Part shown: positions 1 to 12,064 of the stretch, in pieces | How the letters are laid out: every line of letters starts with the position of its first letter | Position numbering within the stretch: position 1 is the first letter of the stretch | Position numbers and translations under genes: made by a program | The notes under the pieces: model-generated | What the model was told of the DNA's origin: nothing | Database searches by the model: none | What the model saw: the letters and a program-made list of their open reading frames with translations, nothing else | DNA from: the human T2T-CHM13v2.0 reference genome, Homo sapiens | Assembly (NCBI RefSeq): GCF_009914755.1 | Contig: NC_060927.1 | Strand: one strand, 5' to 3' | DNA length: 64,000 nucleotides

Positions 1-164
1 CAGCTGGGAGTCCTGGGCTGGGCTTTTTCTCTATCCCTTGATTTCTGAATCTCTGAAGGCACAGAAAGCTTCTGTCCTGGCCAGCATCAATCAGCTGACC
101 AGGGGGAACCAGCTCCAAGATTTACCCCCTTACTCTGAGTAGAGACTGGAAATAAAACGGCAGC

Positions 165-1623
165 ATGTAAGAGAAATGCTTTAACTTTATAAAAAATGTG
201 ATAATACAGCAAGATATTGTTGGGGTTTTCTTTTTTTCTGTCAAGTAAGAAAAAAAAACACCTGGAATAAAAATTAGAAACATAATCTAAGAAAAATTGG
301 AAACAAGCATTTCAAGGAAACAATTTGGAAAGATAAGGAAGAGAAAACAACAAGCAGCATGAGCAGCAAAAGCAGCAGCAACATGGGGGGAAAGCTGGCT
401 CTGCTGTGAGGACAGAACAATCAAAGACCAACGTGCACCTTGCTTTCCATACCAGGCTGAGCTGAGGGGTGGGGTAAGGGTGGGCAGTAACCATCAGAGA
501 GGCATGAAGGTTTCCCAGGTGGGATCAGCTGATGGCTGCTGGCTCACTGTGGGGAGAGGGTAGGCAATGGCCTCCTGCAAACGGGCCCAGATCCGCCCTC
601 TTATAAGGCCTGCCAGCCAAGTGGCAGTGACGGATTTGGCTTAGCTGGCTCCCTCCTCTGTCCACTTGCTCCAATCTGCAGCTCTGCAGGTCACCATCCC
701 ACAGTGATGAGCTCAGCAAGCAGAGACTCATCAGAACGTCAGCCTAAGCTAGGGTAGCGAACTTGCCAGGGAGAACCAAGAAAACTAGATGTACAGGGCT
801 GTATACAAAACACTTTTTGGAATGTCTGCACCATAGCCAAGGCAGAGTTAGGACCACTTTGGAGAGGCAGCTGGGAATGCTCCCAGCAACATTCCCCAGC
901 CTTTCCCCCTAGGGAAGGGACATCCAAAGAACACTGGGTGAATTCTTGACTACATTCTGAGGTAGTCTAACTGTGACTTGGCACAGGTAGCTAAGAATGA
1001 TCACAAAAAACAGAAGAAGGGAAGGCAGAAAAGTCGCCACAGAGAGAAAAGGCTAACATCTCTAACAGAAGAAGCTACACTACAAGTGGGCTCAGAGATG
1101 ACCAGAATGCGTCCTGGGCTCGGGGTGGCCAGTGGCAGGGCCCACCCCTGGGCACATACAGCTCTCATAGCACACTTGATGCTGCAGCAGTGTGGCAGGA
1201 GATGAGGGAATCCATAGAGAGATTTCCTGGCCCAGAGCAGCAGCAACTGAGGTGAGGAGAGTCTGTCCTAACACCTAGTCCTCTGCTACCAACTCATGTC
1301 ATGATGGGGATGAGCCAGACACCCCAGGGACCATGCAGTGAGGAGTCCCAACATTCCCTTCGACTACAACTTCTCTACCTGAATTTGTTTGTGGGGGAAA
1401 CTAATACTGCCAGACTCTACTTGGAAACACTTTAGAGGTGAGGGAGCAATCAGATCCTAAGCCACTGAAAGAGAAGTAATGAGAATAAAAAGCAATGGTG
1501 TTGTTAGACTCCCCTATTTTTAAAATGCTAATTCACATTCTTTTTGTCTTCTGCCCCAGCGCTCAGAATTCTAAGTCAGAATGGAATGTTCCGAAGGATG
1601 AGGAGGCTGCAGCTGTGTGGACA
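165..1623 (-). other. TRANK1: TRANK1 3' UTR (~1.45 kb; end approximate)
   Basis: Unique sequence after the stop; U-rich region (220-300) upstream of a variant poly(A) hexamer. Confidence 0.6.
186..191 (-). terminator. Candidate non-canonical poly(A) signal TATAAA
   Basis: Minus strand reads ttttTATAAAgttaaagcatttctcttaCAtgctgccgttttatttcc: CA about 20 nt downstream, then a GU/U-rich element; I saw no AATAAA on the minus strand in 1-1623. Confidence 0.5.
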
Positions 1624-1724
1624 TTAGTATTTTCTCTGCTTTCCACATTTCCGAGAACGCCTTCTAGGCCGAAGCTCACCAAAGTCTTCAACTTCATTTT
1701 CATAATCATCTTCCTGAACAATAC
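1624..1724 (-). CDS. TRANK1: TRANK1 last exon, coding part with stop
   Basis: ttcttcag|GT ATT GTT...AAA TAC TAA; IVQEDDYENEVEDFGELRPRRRSRKCGKQRKY*. Confidence 0.92.
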
Positions 1725-1726
1725 CT

Positions 1727-1842
1727 GAAGAAAGAAAGAAGGAAGGAAGGAAGGAAGGAAAGAAGGGAGGGAGGGAGGGAAGGAAAGAAGGAAGGAAGGA
1801 AGGAAGGAAAGGAGGAAGGGAGGAAGGAAGAAAGGAAGGAAG
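1727..1842. repeat. (GGAA)n/(GGGA)n microsatellite
   Basis: Visible tandem purine repeat directly abutting the last-exon acceptor. Confidence 0.95.
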
Positions 1843-2912
1843 GGCAGAATGGTGATTTTTTTTCCCAATCCACTGTAAAATATAGCATCCTAGTAAAACC
1901 TAGTGTCTCCGTAATCATTGGTTTAAATTAATGAAATAAAACTTTCTGCCAGGGTTCCAGAGAAAGAGAGATTTCCTTTGAGTACTGATGACTCCCAAAA
2001 AGAGTCAGAGTAAACACCCTTCTCCAGAATTAAGTTCCTTTATAGGCTGGTTCCTCTTGCCCTATTTTAGAGGCCTTTTAAATAACAAAGAAATCAAGCA
2101 AAAAATAAACTCAACCATACACTTGAATTGGTATACCAATTCTCTTCCCTTTGAAATACACATCACAAAATCCAAGACCCCAGAAGGGACTAAATGCTAA
2201 AGATTTTTTATTGGCACAGACATTTGTGCCAAGTCCCTTCAAGTTTTCCCCACCTCTGGGGTCTGGATTTTCCAGGGGCATCTGCGGTTGATGAAATACT
2301 CAGAGCAAGAAGGAATGTGGTCCTGTGGCTGGAATGGGCAAAAGAAAAAACATTCTGGATCACATATAACTTGGCAAGATCATTCTGACTGCCAGGAGAG
2401 AAAGTGCTTCATTCTACACAAACTTTTAACCCTCTGTAGGAAGAAGCATTTAAGTTTCCCCAGTGATTTTGTTTGTTTTATTCAGAAGTATATCCCCAGG
2501 CGCAGAACAACACTAATATGTACTAGAACCTCAATAACTATCCACTGACTTAAATGACTGATCGACACAGGAAAACATTTCTCAAGGGATAGCTTCACAA
2601 TGCTTTGTCCATCCTTGGGAGTCACTGCATTGAGTATGTGCAGTGACTGAGCATTATCAGTAACAGCTCATGAGCAGCAAGAGGTTTATGGCAACTAACA
2701 TGTGCCCAGAATAATGGCCCTCATAATCAGATAAGAAAACTCAGATATTATGTTGCTAGTAATTTGAGTCACTGGAGGTGATGCTCCTAGACAGTGAGAG
2801 TCCACTATTGACATCACTGGGCTGCCCCACTTCAGATTCCCCCCGGGAGCCAGCAGTAATAAGAACCACAGGACCCAAAGTGTTACCTGTCCCCACAATC
2901 AAGACTCCTTAC

Positions 2913-3011
2913 CTTCCTTCTTTAAGCGGGTCTCTGTTTTCATCAACCAGTCTCGTGCATCCCTGACTGACAGGATCAGAATGTTGACCAGCCGAGTCAT
3001 CGCCTCCTCCG
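2913..3011 (-). CDS. TRANK1: TRANK1 penultimate coding exon (99 nt, phase 1-1)
   Basis: tttctgaag|CG GAG GAG GCG ATG...AAG GAA G|gtaagg; AEEAMTRLVNILILSVRDARDWLMKTETRLKKE. Confidence 0.9.
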
Positions 3012-3386
3012 CTTCAGAAACCAAAGAACATGGCTCTGAGTAAAGATGCCATTGCAGGAACTAGAACACCAATTACTAGACCCAGAGTCCCCACATCCCA
3101 AGAGCTGGTCTCTATGTTTTCCCTGAAAAGAGCCCTCCTTATCGGGTAAGGGACCCAAAGCTGCCTTCTGCTGCTACAAGCATAAACTACAACTAAAGGC
3201 TAGCCTGACACCATTACTGTCTGTCTATAGAGACTGCCACAACTGCAAACCTTTCTAAGACACTTGTGTCCAAAATGTCATTAAACCTTAAACTGGAAAG
3301 AGTATCTGAATTATGGAACATTTTAAAATATGCAATTTCACTAAGTTTATACATAACTTCTACATAGTGTTGATAAGAAGTAGCTA

Positions 3387-3682
<296 letters not shown>

Positions 3683-4221
3683 ACGGGAAATCTGATTCTA
3701 AAATAACATAAGAATTCTATTAAAGGCTCACACTGGGTATGACTTAAAGACCCTCCTAAAAGGAAGAGACCAGCTAGACCAGCTACACACTTCCAGATCT
3801 TAGTCAGGGGATGAATGGGTCAAGAGAACCTTAAAGAGTTTTCTTAACACCTTAAACATTTTCCCTGTATCTTCTCCACAGAAGATTATTCTGGCAAGAA
3901 TCATTCTGACTGCCAGGAGAGAAAGCGATTCATTCTACACAAGCTTTTAACCCTCTGTAGGAAGAGGCATGCAAGTTTCTGGAGTACCTGGGGAAACCAT
4001 CCCAAGCCAAGGATAATGACAAACTTTTAACTGGGGGAGGGGTAATCCAACCAATGAGGTTCGCTATAACTTGAGAATATATATTCCTCATTTGTATTTC
4101 TTCTAAGGCCAAGATTCCACCATCCCCAAGTCAGAAGCCACGACAAGGAATTTAACCCTGAGAAATGTCCTCAGAGCCCAGGTCTCACTCTGCCTGGGCC
4201 CCCATCTCTGCAGACCCTTAC

Positions 4222-7200
4222 CGCCAGCCCAGGCCTTCCGCCTGTAGAGGTCCTCCACCATATCCGAAACCCTCTTGATGTGCTCCTGGACCTTCTGCAG
4301 CATGTGGCTGTGCTCCTTGGAGCCCACGTGACTGTGGATCCATACACTTTGCTCGATGTCCTGCACCACCAGCTTGCCTTCATCAATGGCCGGGTCCACC
4401 TTCTCGTGGAAAAATTCTGAGTATTTCTGGTAGGCCACTTGCTGCCTCTGGTGGTGTTCTAGATGGATATGCTGCTCGTAAGACTCGCTGTTCCTCTCCT
4501 GACACTCCTCCCTTTCCAGCTCAGCCCTGGAAAGGACTGCCACCTCGGAAGCTGCCCCCTCAAACGCTTTGCTGGGGCTGAAATAGTTCTCTGGGCCACG
4601 GGTAAACTTCACTCCACATAGGTCACACTGGGTCCTGTCCACGTCTGCCTTTTTGAAGTTCCCAGCCCTGGGCTCCCTGGCCTCCTCCCTGACACGCTCC
4701 ATCTGGGTGCCCACTCTTCTCCTCCAACTGATGCACAGAGACACCACCAGGCATGCCCTCCTCAACTTCCGCTGTATGGAGGCCTTCCGTTGCTTTTGGG
4801 AAAGAATGGTGGCCAGGACGTGGTCTCGGTCTTCTAATGCCAGTTCATCCATCTCATCCTGGCCAAACTCACACTCAGGTTCAGCAAAGTAGTCCACAGG
4901 GTCCAAACAGAGCAGGCGGTTTAGTCTGACCTCCTCATAATAGAGGCCACGGACTATGGACCCTTTGGTGTGCACAGGGTCCCACCGCCAGTCACAGTCC
5001 ATTAGGTACTCTTCATCCCGCTCAAAGAGCAGGTCCTGCAGTGCCTCAGCCACAGACTTCACATTGACTGCCACCAAGACCCGCTTCACCACCTTCAGGA
5101 GCCTCTCGGGAACCTGGCCAGGGCAGTCCATGCTCATGAGCTGCAGCCTTGACTCAATCTCCCGGAAGTGGCGATACAGGAGAGGCTTGCAGTATGGCTG
5201 CAGGATCTCCTCAGCATTCACTAGCATCACCAAGCACAGCACCAGTGTCCGCTCAGCCTCACCCGAGACCACATAGTCTATTTCACTGAAGGCATCAAGC
5301 AGGACGTTGAAGTTCACATTCTCATAGCCACATAGCACCTTGGCGAGGTAGGAGAGATGGAACCGGAAATCCTGAATGGCTCTTGTCACGTCCTTGGGTT
5401 TGTATTCCTGAATGATGGAGAACACATCCCCAAGCTCCTTGTCCTTCTTGCTAAACAGGAACTCCCAGTAGTGCAAGAGTGCAATGTAGCTCTTGGGGAG
5501 GCATAGAATGACATTCTTCCAGAGGCGGGCCAGCACCACCCCACAGTGGATGAACTGGAACTCCAGGAGGGCTACTGTGTTTCCAATGCTGGGGATGAGT
5601 GGTTCTTTGCACCTCTTGATGAGGACATTCATGAAACGGAAAAAGAGCCTCTTGTAGTCTTCTGGGTTCCTGTACACGTAGAATTGATCAATGCAATTCT
5701 CCAGAAGCCGGATGAAGCACAGGTGGGTCTTGTCCATATTTTCATCATCCCTGTTGGGTGCCAGCATGCCAAATTTCCCTTCTATTCCTTTTATCCTGCT
5801 GCCTCTCCCCCTGCCCCTTTCATCCTTTTCAGACTCTAGAGCTTTGAGTTCCCTGTTGTAGTTGTCCTCCTCCTGGTGGAGCAGCTTTTCAAACTCCTCC
5901 GGGTAGTTGGAAGAGAGAAGGAAAGCTTGCATGGCACTCAGCCACAGGTCTGTGGATTCCCGGCGGTTGCGTGCGCTTTCATTTTCAAACAGAAAGTGGA
6001 TGTACTCCTTCAAAGCAAATCTGTAGAACCGGAAGGATTTGTAATTTGGTTTGAGGATTTCTTTGCATGCCATGGGGTTTTCTGACAACACTCTCTGATG
6101 GAAATGCTTAGGGAAAAGGACATCCAGAATGGACTTGCAAAGGCCATACATATCTGTAGACAAAATATAATCAATTTCTTTAAGTTCTTCTGCTAAGATT
6201 TTAGGGAATACTTTTTTGGCTTCCAAAAGCAACCCGTTGATTGCCACCAAGTTCATTTTCGACTGAACTAAACACTTGGCTTCACAACGCCGCAGAGGCC
6301 TGTGAAAATGTTCACAGTTTTCATCCTCACATTTTAAGCCTACAATAAACCTCATGCAGACTCCTCGGTAGGTCTTCCCAAGCAGGCTCCGTGTGATCTG
6401 ACACAGCCTGCCCAAAAGGTGTTTGTTTAGGGCTAATTTCACTTGGTCAGTCATTATCAAAAAATGATCTTTTGTTTTTTTCTCTCTCAAGTTCAAATCC
6501 AGGTCAAAAATTATTCTTAATATGGGCCCAGGGTCATTCTGAGCTATCTGGCAATACTTGGCATCCACCTGGGAAATCCCAAAAAACTCAAAGCAAGATT
6601 TGACCATTTCCTTCTCAGCATTGTTGGTCACTCTTTTGAGAGCCCTGACCAGACTGAGGAGGATTTCCAAGCCCCCTGGAGCCAGGCCCAGAATCTTCTC
6701 AGGCTCGGCCTCACACTGGCTGGCTGCTTCGTAGAGTGCTTCCACCACTCCAGCTGAGTGGTTGAGCGTGTCAAACTTGAAGAAGGCATCCCTGAGCTTC
6801 TGAAAGTCTCTCAGGATTACCCCTTGCAGGAAGTGGGCCTCCGCAATGCCAGACAACTGGCCAGTTTGATAGCAGATATCAAGTGCTTCTCTCAGAATGT
6901 CCTTGGTGTGTTCTATGTCGGAATCCCTGGCCACATTGAGGCGGGCGGCCCCCAGCAGACATGAGGCCTGGAAGTCCTTGTCGGCAGTGAGCCTGGCAGC
7001 CTCCAGGAGGCAGCCATGTTGCTTCATCAGCAGGGCAGCCTCTTCTCTCCTACCTTCCCTGTTCAGCAGGTCTGCAGCTTCTGCTAAGCGTTTCCGAGAC
7101 TTCAAGAACACCAGCTGGTCTTCTATGTCTAGCTTTGAGAGGACAGCCATCATTTCCTTCATCTTATTTGCACTCAGATACTTTGCTGCAGCTTCCAAGT

Positions 7201-7268
7201 AAAACTGACTGGCAGAATAGGAGAGCTTGGAAATGGGAAGGGTCTTAGTCTTTAGCATTTCTTCATAC
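4222..7268 (-). CDS. TRANK1: TRANK1 giant coding exon (3047 nt): TPR/alpha-solenoid, CCCH finger, RG motif, split C2H2 finger
   Basis: tctttgcag|G TAT GAA GAA ATG...GCT GGC G|gtaagg; overlaps the 1051-aa ORF 4103-7258. Confidence 0.97.
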
Positions 7269-8110
7269 CTGCAAAGACAAAGGACACAAATGTCAACTTG
7301 CCATCACCCAATCAATAGAAAATTTCCTCCAAAATACAGTGCAGAGCAACTTAAATAAAACTCCCACATGTAGATATTACAAAATAAAACCTAAACTTGT
7401 CAAGCATTCAAGTATTTTTACAAAGGCCTTATTTTACACTGTTACCAGTATAATAATAATGAATAAATTCCTTATGCTTCAATCAGGAATTGGTGTGCTT
7501 AATTAATGAAATATAGTGGAGGTGTAACTCAAACAAGTGGGAGTGAAATCCAAAAGTCAATCTATAGGGCAAATGTTATGCATAGTCTAAATTATCCTTG
7601 AAAAACATCTCTTTGGTTCTCATAAAAGCATCATAATCATCTGGGTCTACAACTCTGTTCAGTTTGATAAAATGAGAAAGGATGAAATGGGGGCTGCACA
7701 TGCATCAGCAATTACACCAGTCTTCCCCTTATTACCCAACTTGTGATTCTTCTCTTTTAGCAGGTGTGCATTAGTTGGGTTCCTGTGAGATTAATGAGGC
7801 TCTGAAGGACTCCCCTTTATTCTGCTGATGGAAGTCAGAATACGTCATTATATACACACTCATAACATACTCCCATCCCCCTCAGCCCCCTCTCTTTGTG
7901 ACACTGCATCAAAGCTTATAAAGAGACTGGAAAATAGAGTCCTGCTCTCAAAGAGCTGCTGACCCAGCACTGAGGCCATCGCTTAAGTGGAAAGGGAGCA
8001 ATGTGGTCAAACCATGTCAGAAGCAGCAGGATAGCACCACCCAGAGCAGGCTGCCCCCAGAGAGAAGTGGGAGGAAGAGAGGGAGAAAGGGAGAGAATAA
8101 AACCACCTAC

Positions 8111-8256
8111 TTTTCCACTGCAATAGCAGCTTCTTCAAAAAGCTCCTCTTGGCAGTACATTTTGAGTGCTAGATCAAATTCCTGAATCTGCTCAAAGCAT
8201 CTGAAAGCGTCTTTGTAGCACTGGCTTCGCTTATAGAAATAGGCAGCATCTCTTAT
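8111..8256 (-). CDS. TRANK1: TRANK1 coding exon (146 nt), TPR-like
   Basis: catcctag|ATA AGA GAT...GTG GAA AA|gtaggt; IRDAAYFYKRSQCYKDAFRCFEQIQEFDLALKMYCQEELFEEAAIAVE. Confidence 0.9.
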
Positions 8257-8386
8257 CTAGGATGGAGTAAATTTTACTTTTATTTAGAGTACTCATGATT
8301 AACTTTCTAATCTTAAACCAATACCACAAGTAATAAAGAGGATAGTCATATGTCTGCTTTCTGTTAGAATCCAGTTAAAAACCCTA

Positions 8387-8729
<343 letters not shown>

Positions 8730-9027
8730 TTAAGGGGAGAAAAATAAAGTTAAATCCCAACCTCACAGCACACACAGAGGTAAGCCCCAGGTAGATTAAA
8801 GATCTAAATGTGGAAACTACTGTGGGAAAATATGTGAGAATATCTTTGTGACCTTGAGGTCACACTCAAGTGGAAGGAGTCTTCACGTAACTTCCAAAAA
8901 TAACATAATCAACAAAACCCAAAACACAAATTTCAGGAGAAAAACTGATGGATCAAACTGATACATCAAAACTGCTCAACAAAAGACACATGAAATAAGC
9001 TAACTTTTAAAAAAATAACACCTAGAT

Positions 9028-9228
9028 CAGTACTGTCCAATAGAAGTTTCTGTGAAGACGAAAATGTATTGTTTCTTTGCTATCCAATCTCACCACTAGT
9101 CACATCTGAATGTTGGGCCTTTAAAATGTGGGTAATGCAACCAAGGAACTGAACTTTTAAATTAATTTAATTTTAATTATTTTAAAGTTAAAGAGTCACA
9201 CATGGCTAATGGCTACTGTACTAGACTG
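9028..9228 (+). mobile_element. MER3/MER33-like hAT-Charlie DNA transposon relic
   Basis: cagtactgtccaatagaa...cacatggctaatggctactgtactagac termini. Confidence 0.55.
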
Positions 9229-11134
9229 GGCCTGTCTAGACAAAAAGAACTCTTGCAACCACAAGAAAAAGACTTTCCTCGAGACACAACAGAAAGCTAG
9301 GCAAAGGATATAAGCTGGCAGTTTACAGTGGGGTAAACTTGAATGACTAACAAATAAATAAAAATGCTCAACTTTACTGACAATCAGAAGAATACAAATT
9401 AAAGCCACAGTGAAATACATCCACCAGGTTTGAAAAATTAGAAAATCACAATCTGCTGACTGTGGTCAAGAATGTGGGGAATGCAGAACCCTCATGCACA
9501 AAGTGGAATGGCTATCCCAGAAAGCGAAGGGACTGTACTTAGTGAAGTGAAGCATGTGCATACCCTAGGCCAGCAAGCCTGCTCCTGGCAATACATCTTG
9601 AAGAAGTATCTCACAGAACCCTAAAAAGACATACTGTGCCAAGGTGCTATGTGTGGGAGCCAGGAGCCAGTGGCAACCTGGAAGTGCCTCACAGGGAAAT
9701 GAATTCATCAATGCAGTCAATGCCCACTCAGGAATACATGGCTGTCAGAAGCATGGCCAGACCTAACACTATATAGCAAGGGACGGAAAAGGTAAAACAC
9801 AGAGAAAGATGTCTTCTAGATAAGCCTAAAGTATATATATATGTATAGAAGACACCACTATTCATTTTTCAATAATGCATGCATTTGAGCACATATAAAA
9901 ATGTATTAGAATGACTACCAATGAGAAAAGAATGAGAATGGAAACTGGTTGTGAAGAAGAGGATAAACAAAATAACATGCAATGATTGGGCCCCATACCC
10001 ACCAATGGTGGGCTTGCCATGAACAGAAGAGTCTACGAGACTCTTCTTCCTATCACAGCTCCCATCCAGTTCACCAGCTAATCCTGTCTGCTCGGTTTCC
10101 CTAACATTTCCCAGATATGCCACCATCCCACCACTTCCACCACCACCATGGTAGTCCAGGCCCTATCATTTCAGCCTAAGCTGATGCTAGACTCTAACTG
10201 GCCTTTCTGCTTCAGCTCTTGCTGCCCTATAGACCTCTTCACAGAGCATCCAGATAATTAGCTTCATGTCAGTCTTCCCATCAAAGTCTTCCACTGGCTT
10301 CCCATCATGCTTGAACAAAGCCCAGTCCTTGCCACAGTCACCAAGGCCCTACTGATCTGGCCCTGCCACTTTCTCTTACTCATTTACCATTTCTTGTGGT
10401 CATCTCACCCAAACTGACTAGCAAGGTTCAAATCAACCAACTTGGCAGCAGCCTTCTTCTGGATCCTCAGGATCCATCACCTGCCTTTTCCCAGTTCCCA
10501 AATGCATTCTATCCACGGAAAGAAATGTTTATGCAGGTGCCACAAGAGTGAAAGCTTTCCTTTCAGGGATTCCTGTGCCTTGCCTGCTTCTTGCCTCTAG
10601 AGAGCAGCGTTGTATCCCTGTTCCATTCCCTTCTCCCACATCTTAAGAAGTCACATCCCATAATAAACATGGAACAGGGTAGGCAGCATCTGGAGGGCCT
10701 TATCCTCTTCTTCGCATTGACTTGGGGCCACACTTCAAACTTCCCAGTAGGTCCCACTCCTACCCCTCTCAATGCCCAGGGTGCTCTGAGGATCCCATGA
10801 GTCACCATATTTCACATACAGACAAGAAAACCCCCTTTCCTACTGAAGGATATTGACACCTGATAGGGGAAAATGCAATGGCCCACAGCTCCTTAAGCAC
10901 AGTTTCTCCAACTACCTGTGGTAAGGGACCAAATCATTTTAAATTTCCGATCCATCACAGTTGATATGTTAAAAAATGAATTGATGGGAAGATTATCACC
11001 ACTTGGATGTCAAAGCAATGCCAAATGGCAATAAAAAAATTCTGCTTACTTTTATCTTCTGTGTTAATCTTGCTGCAGACAAATAATAGTTTGTAGCCTG
11101 CTGACCACTCTGTGAGTAGCTGTGTTCCAGACTA

Positions 11135-11310
11135 GCAGCTCTGTCCAACAGAGCTTTCTGCAATGATGGAAATGTTCTGTTAACAATGAGCACTTGCCAT
11201 TGTGGCTAGTAAGACTGAGGATGTGAATTTTTAATATTATTATATTTTAATTAATTTAAATTGTAAATTAAATAGCTACATGTGACTGCTGAATTGGATA
11301 GTGCAGATCT
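11135..11310 (+). mobile_element. MER3-like hAT-Charlie relic
   Basis: ctgtccaacagagctttctgcaatgatggaaatgttct...ttggatagtgcagatctaga. Confidence 0.55.
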
Positions 11311-11719
11311 AGAGTGATTACTAGGAACACAGCCGAGGAACCTCCATCTAAATGCCAGGCCACTCAGCCAAGGTGACTGAAGACTAGGAACACAGAGAAA
11401 GAAAAGGGGTATTCTAAAACCCTTCTGCCCTTTGGCTTGAGCATTTGGCTTCCCTGTGGTTAATATTAGGCCCTGAATATTAACACAGACATTAACACAC
11501 AAACACACACACACACACGCACATGCATACTGTCTTCAGAGCCTCCTCAAAGTTTGCCCAAGTAGTGAAAGTAGGCTTCCCTTAGAGTCGCAGGGCCAGT
11601 GTCTCCCTCCTTGGAAGACTGCAGCCTCTTCCTGCTATGAGTAGAGGTCGAGCCTACCCCTCAATCTGCTCAAGTGAAGCCCAGTTTTCCCTGGAGCAGC
11701 AGCGGACTAGGAGCCATAC

Positions 11720-11852
11720 CTTTCCCAGCCTCTCGCACAGCTGGGCAGAGAGCTGGAACTCCTTGGCATAGCTCAGACACTTAAGGGACAGTGTTGGCTC
11801 TTTGCACTCCAAATAGGTCTTAGCCAATTCCAAATATTCCAACTGCTTTTCC
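11720..11852 (-). CDS. TRANK1: TRANK1 coding exon (133 nt), TPR-like
   Basis: ttcccctag|G GAA AAG...GGA AAG|gtatgg; EKQLEYLELAKTYLECKEPTLSLKCLSYAKEFQLSAQLCERLGK; follows a 108-nt intron. Confidence 0.9.
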
Positions 11853-11960
11853 CTAGGGGAAGGAAAACAAAATAATATTTCCACGGAACATTGACCCTAC
11901 ACCAATATTTAACCTGCTACTCCCATCGGAGCAAACCAGAAGTGATCCCAAGACTCTTAC

Positions 11961-12064
11961 TTGGGGCTGACTTTCTTGGATTTCATGCTCAGGGCAGTGT
12001 CATGGGCCAGGGCCAACTTCTCCTTCTCAAATGCACCTCCTTTCTGGTAACACTTGGCTGCAAC
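11961..12064 (-). CDS. TRANK1: TRANK1 coding exon (104 nt), TPR-like
   Basis: ctattccag|GTT GCA GCC...CCC AA|gtaaga; VAAKCYQKGGAFEKEKLALAH... Confidence 0.9.

Noticed and set aside
312-494. Cys-rich 60-aa ORF in the 3'UTR
   Set aside because: Derived from a short imperfect (CAG/CAA) run; non-ATG start, no other support
4103-7258. 1051-aa ORF as a separate gene
   Set aside because: Bounded by phase-compatible splice sites (7268/4222); it is an internal TRANK1 exon
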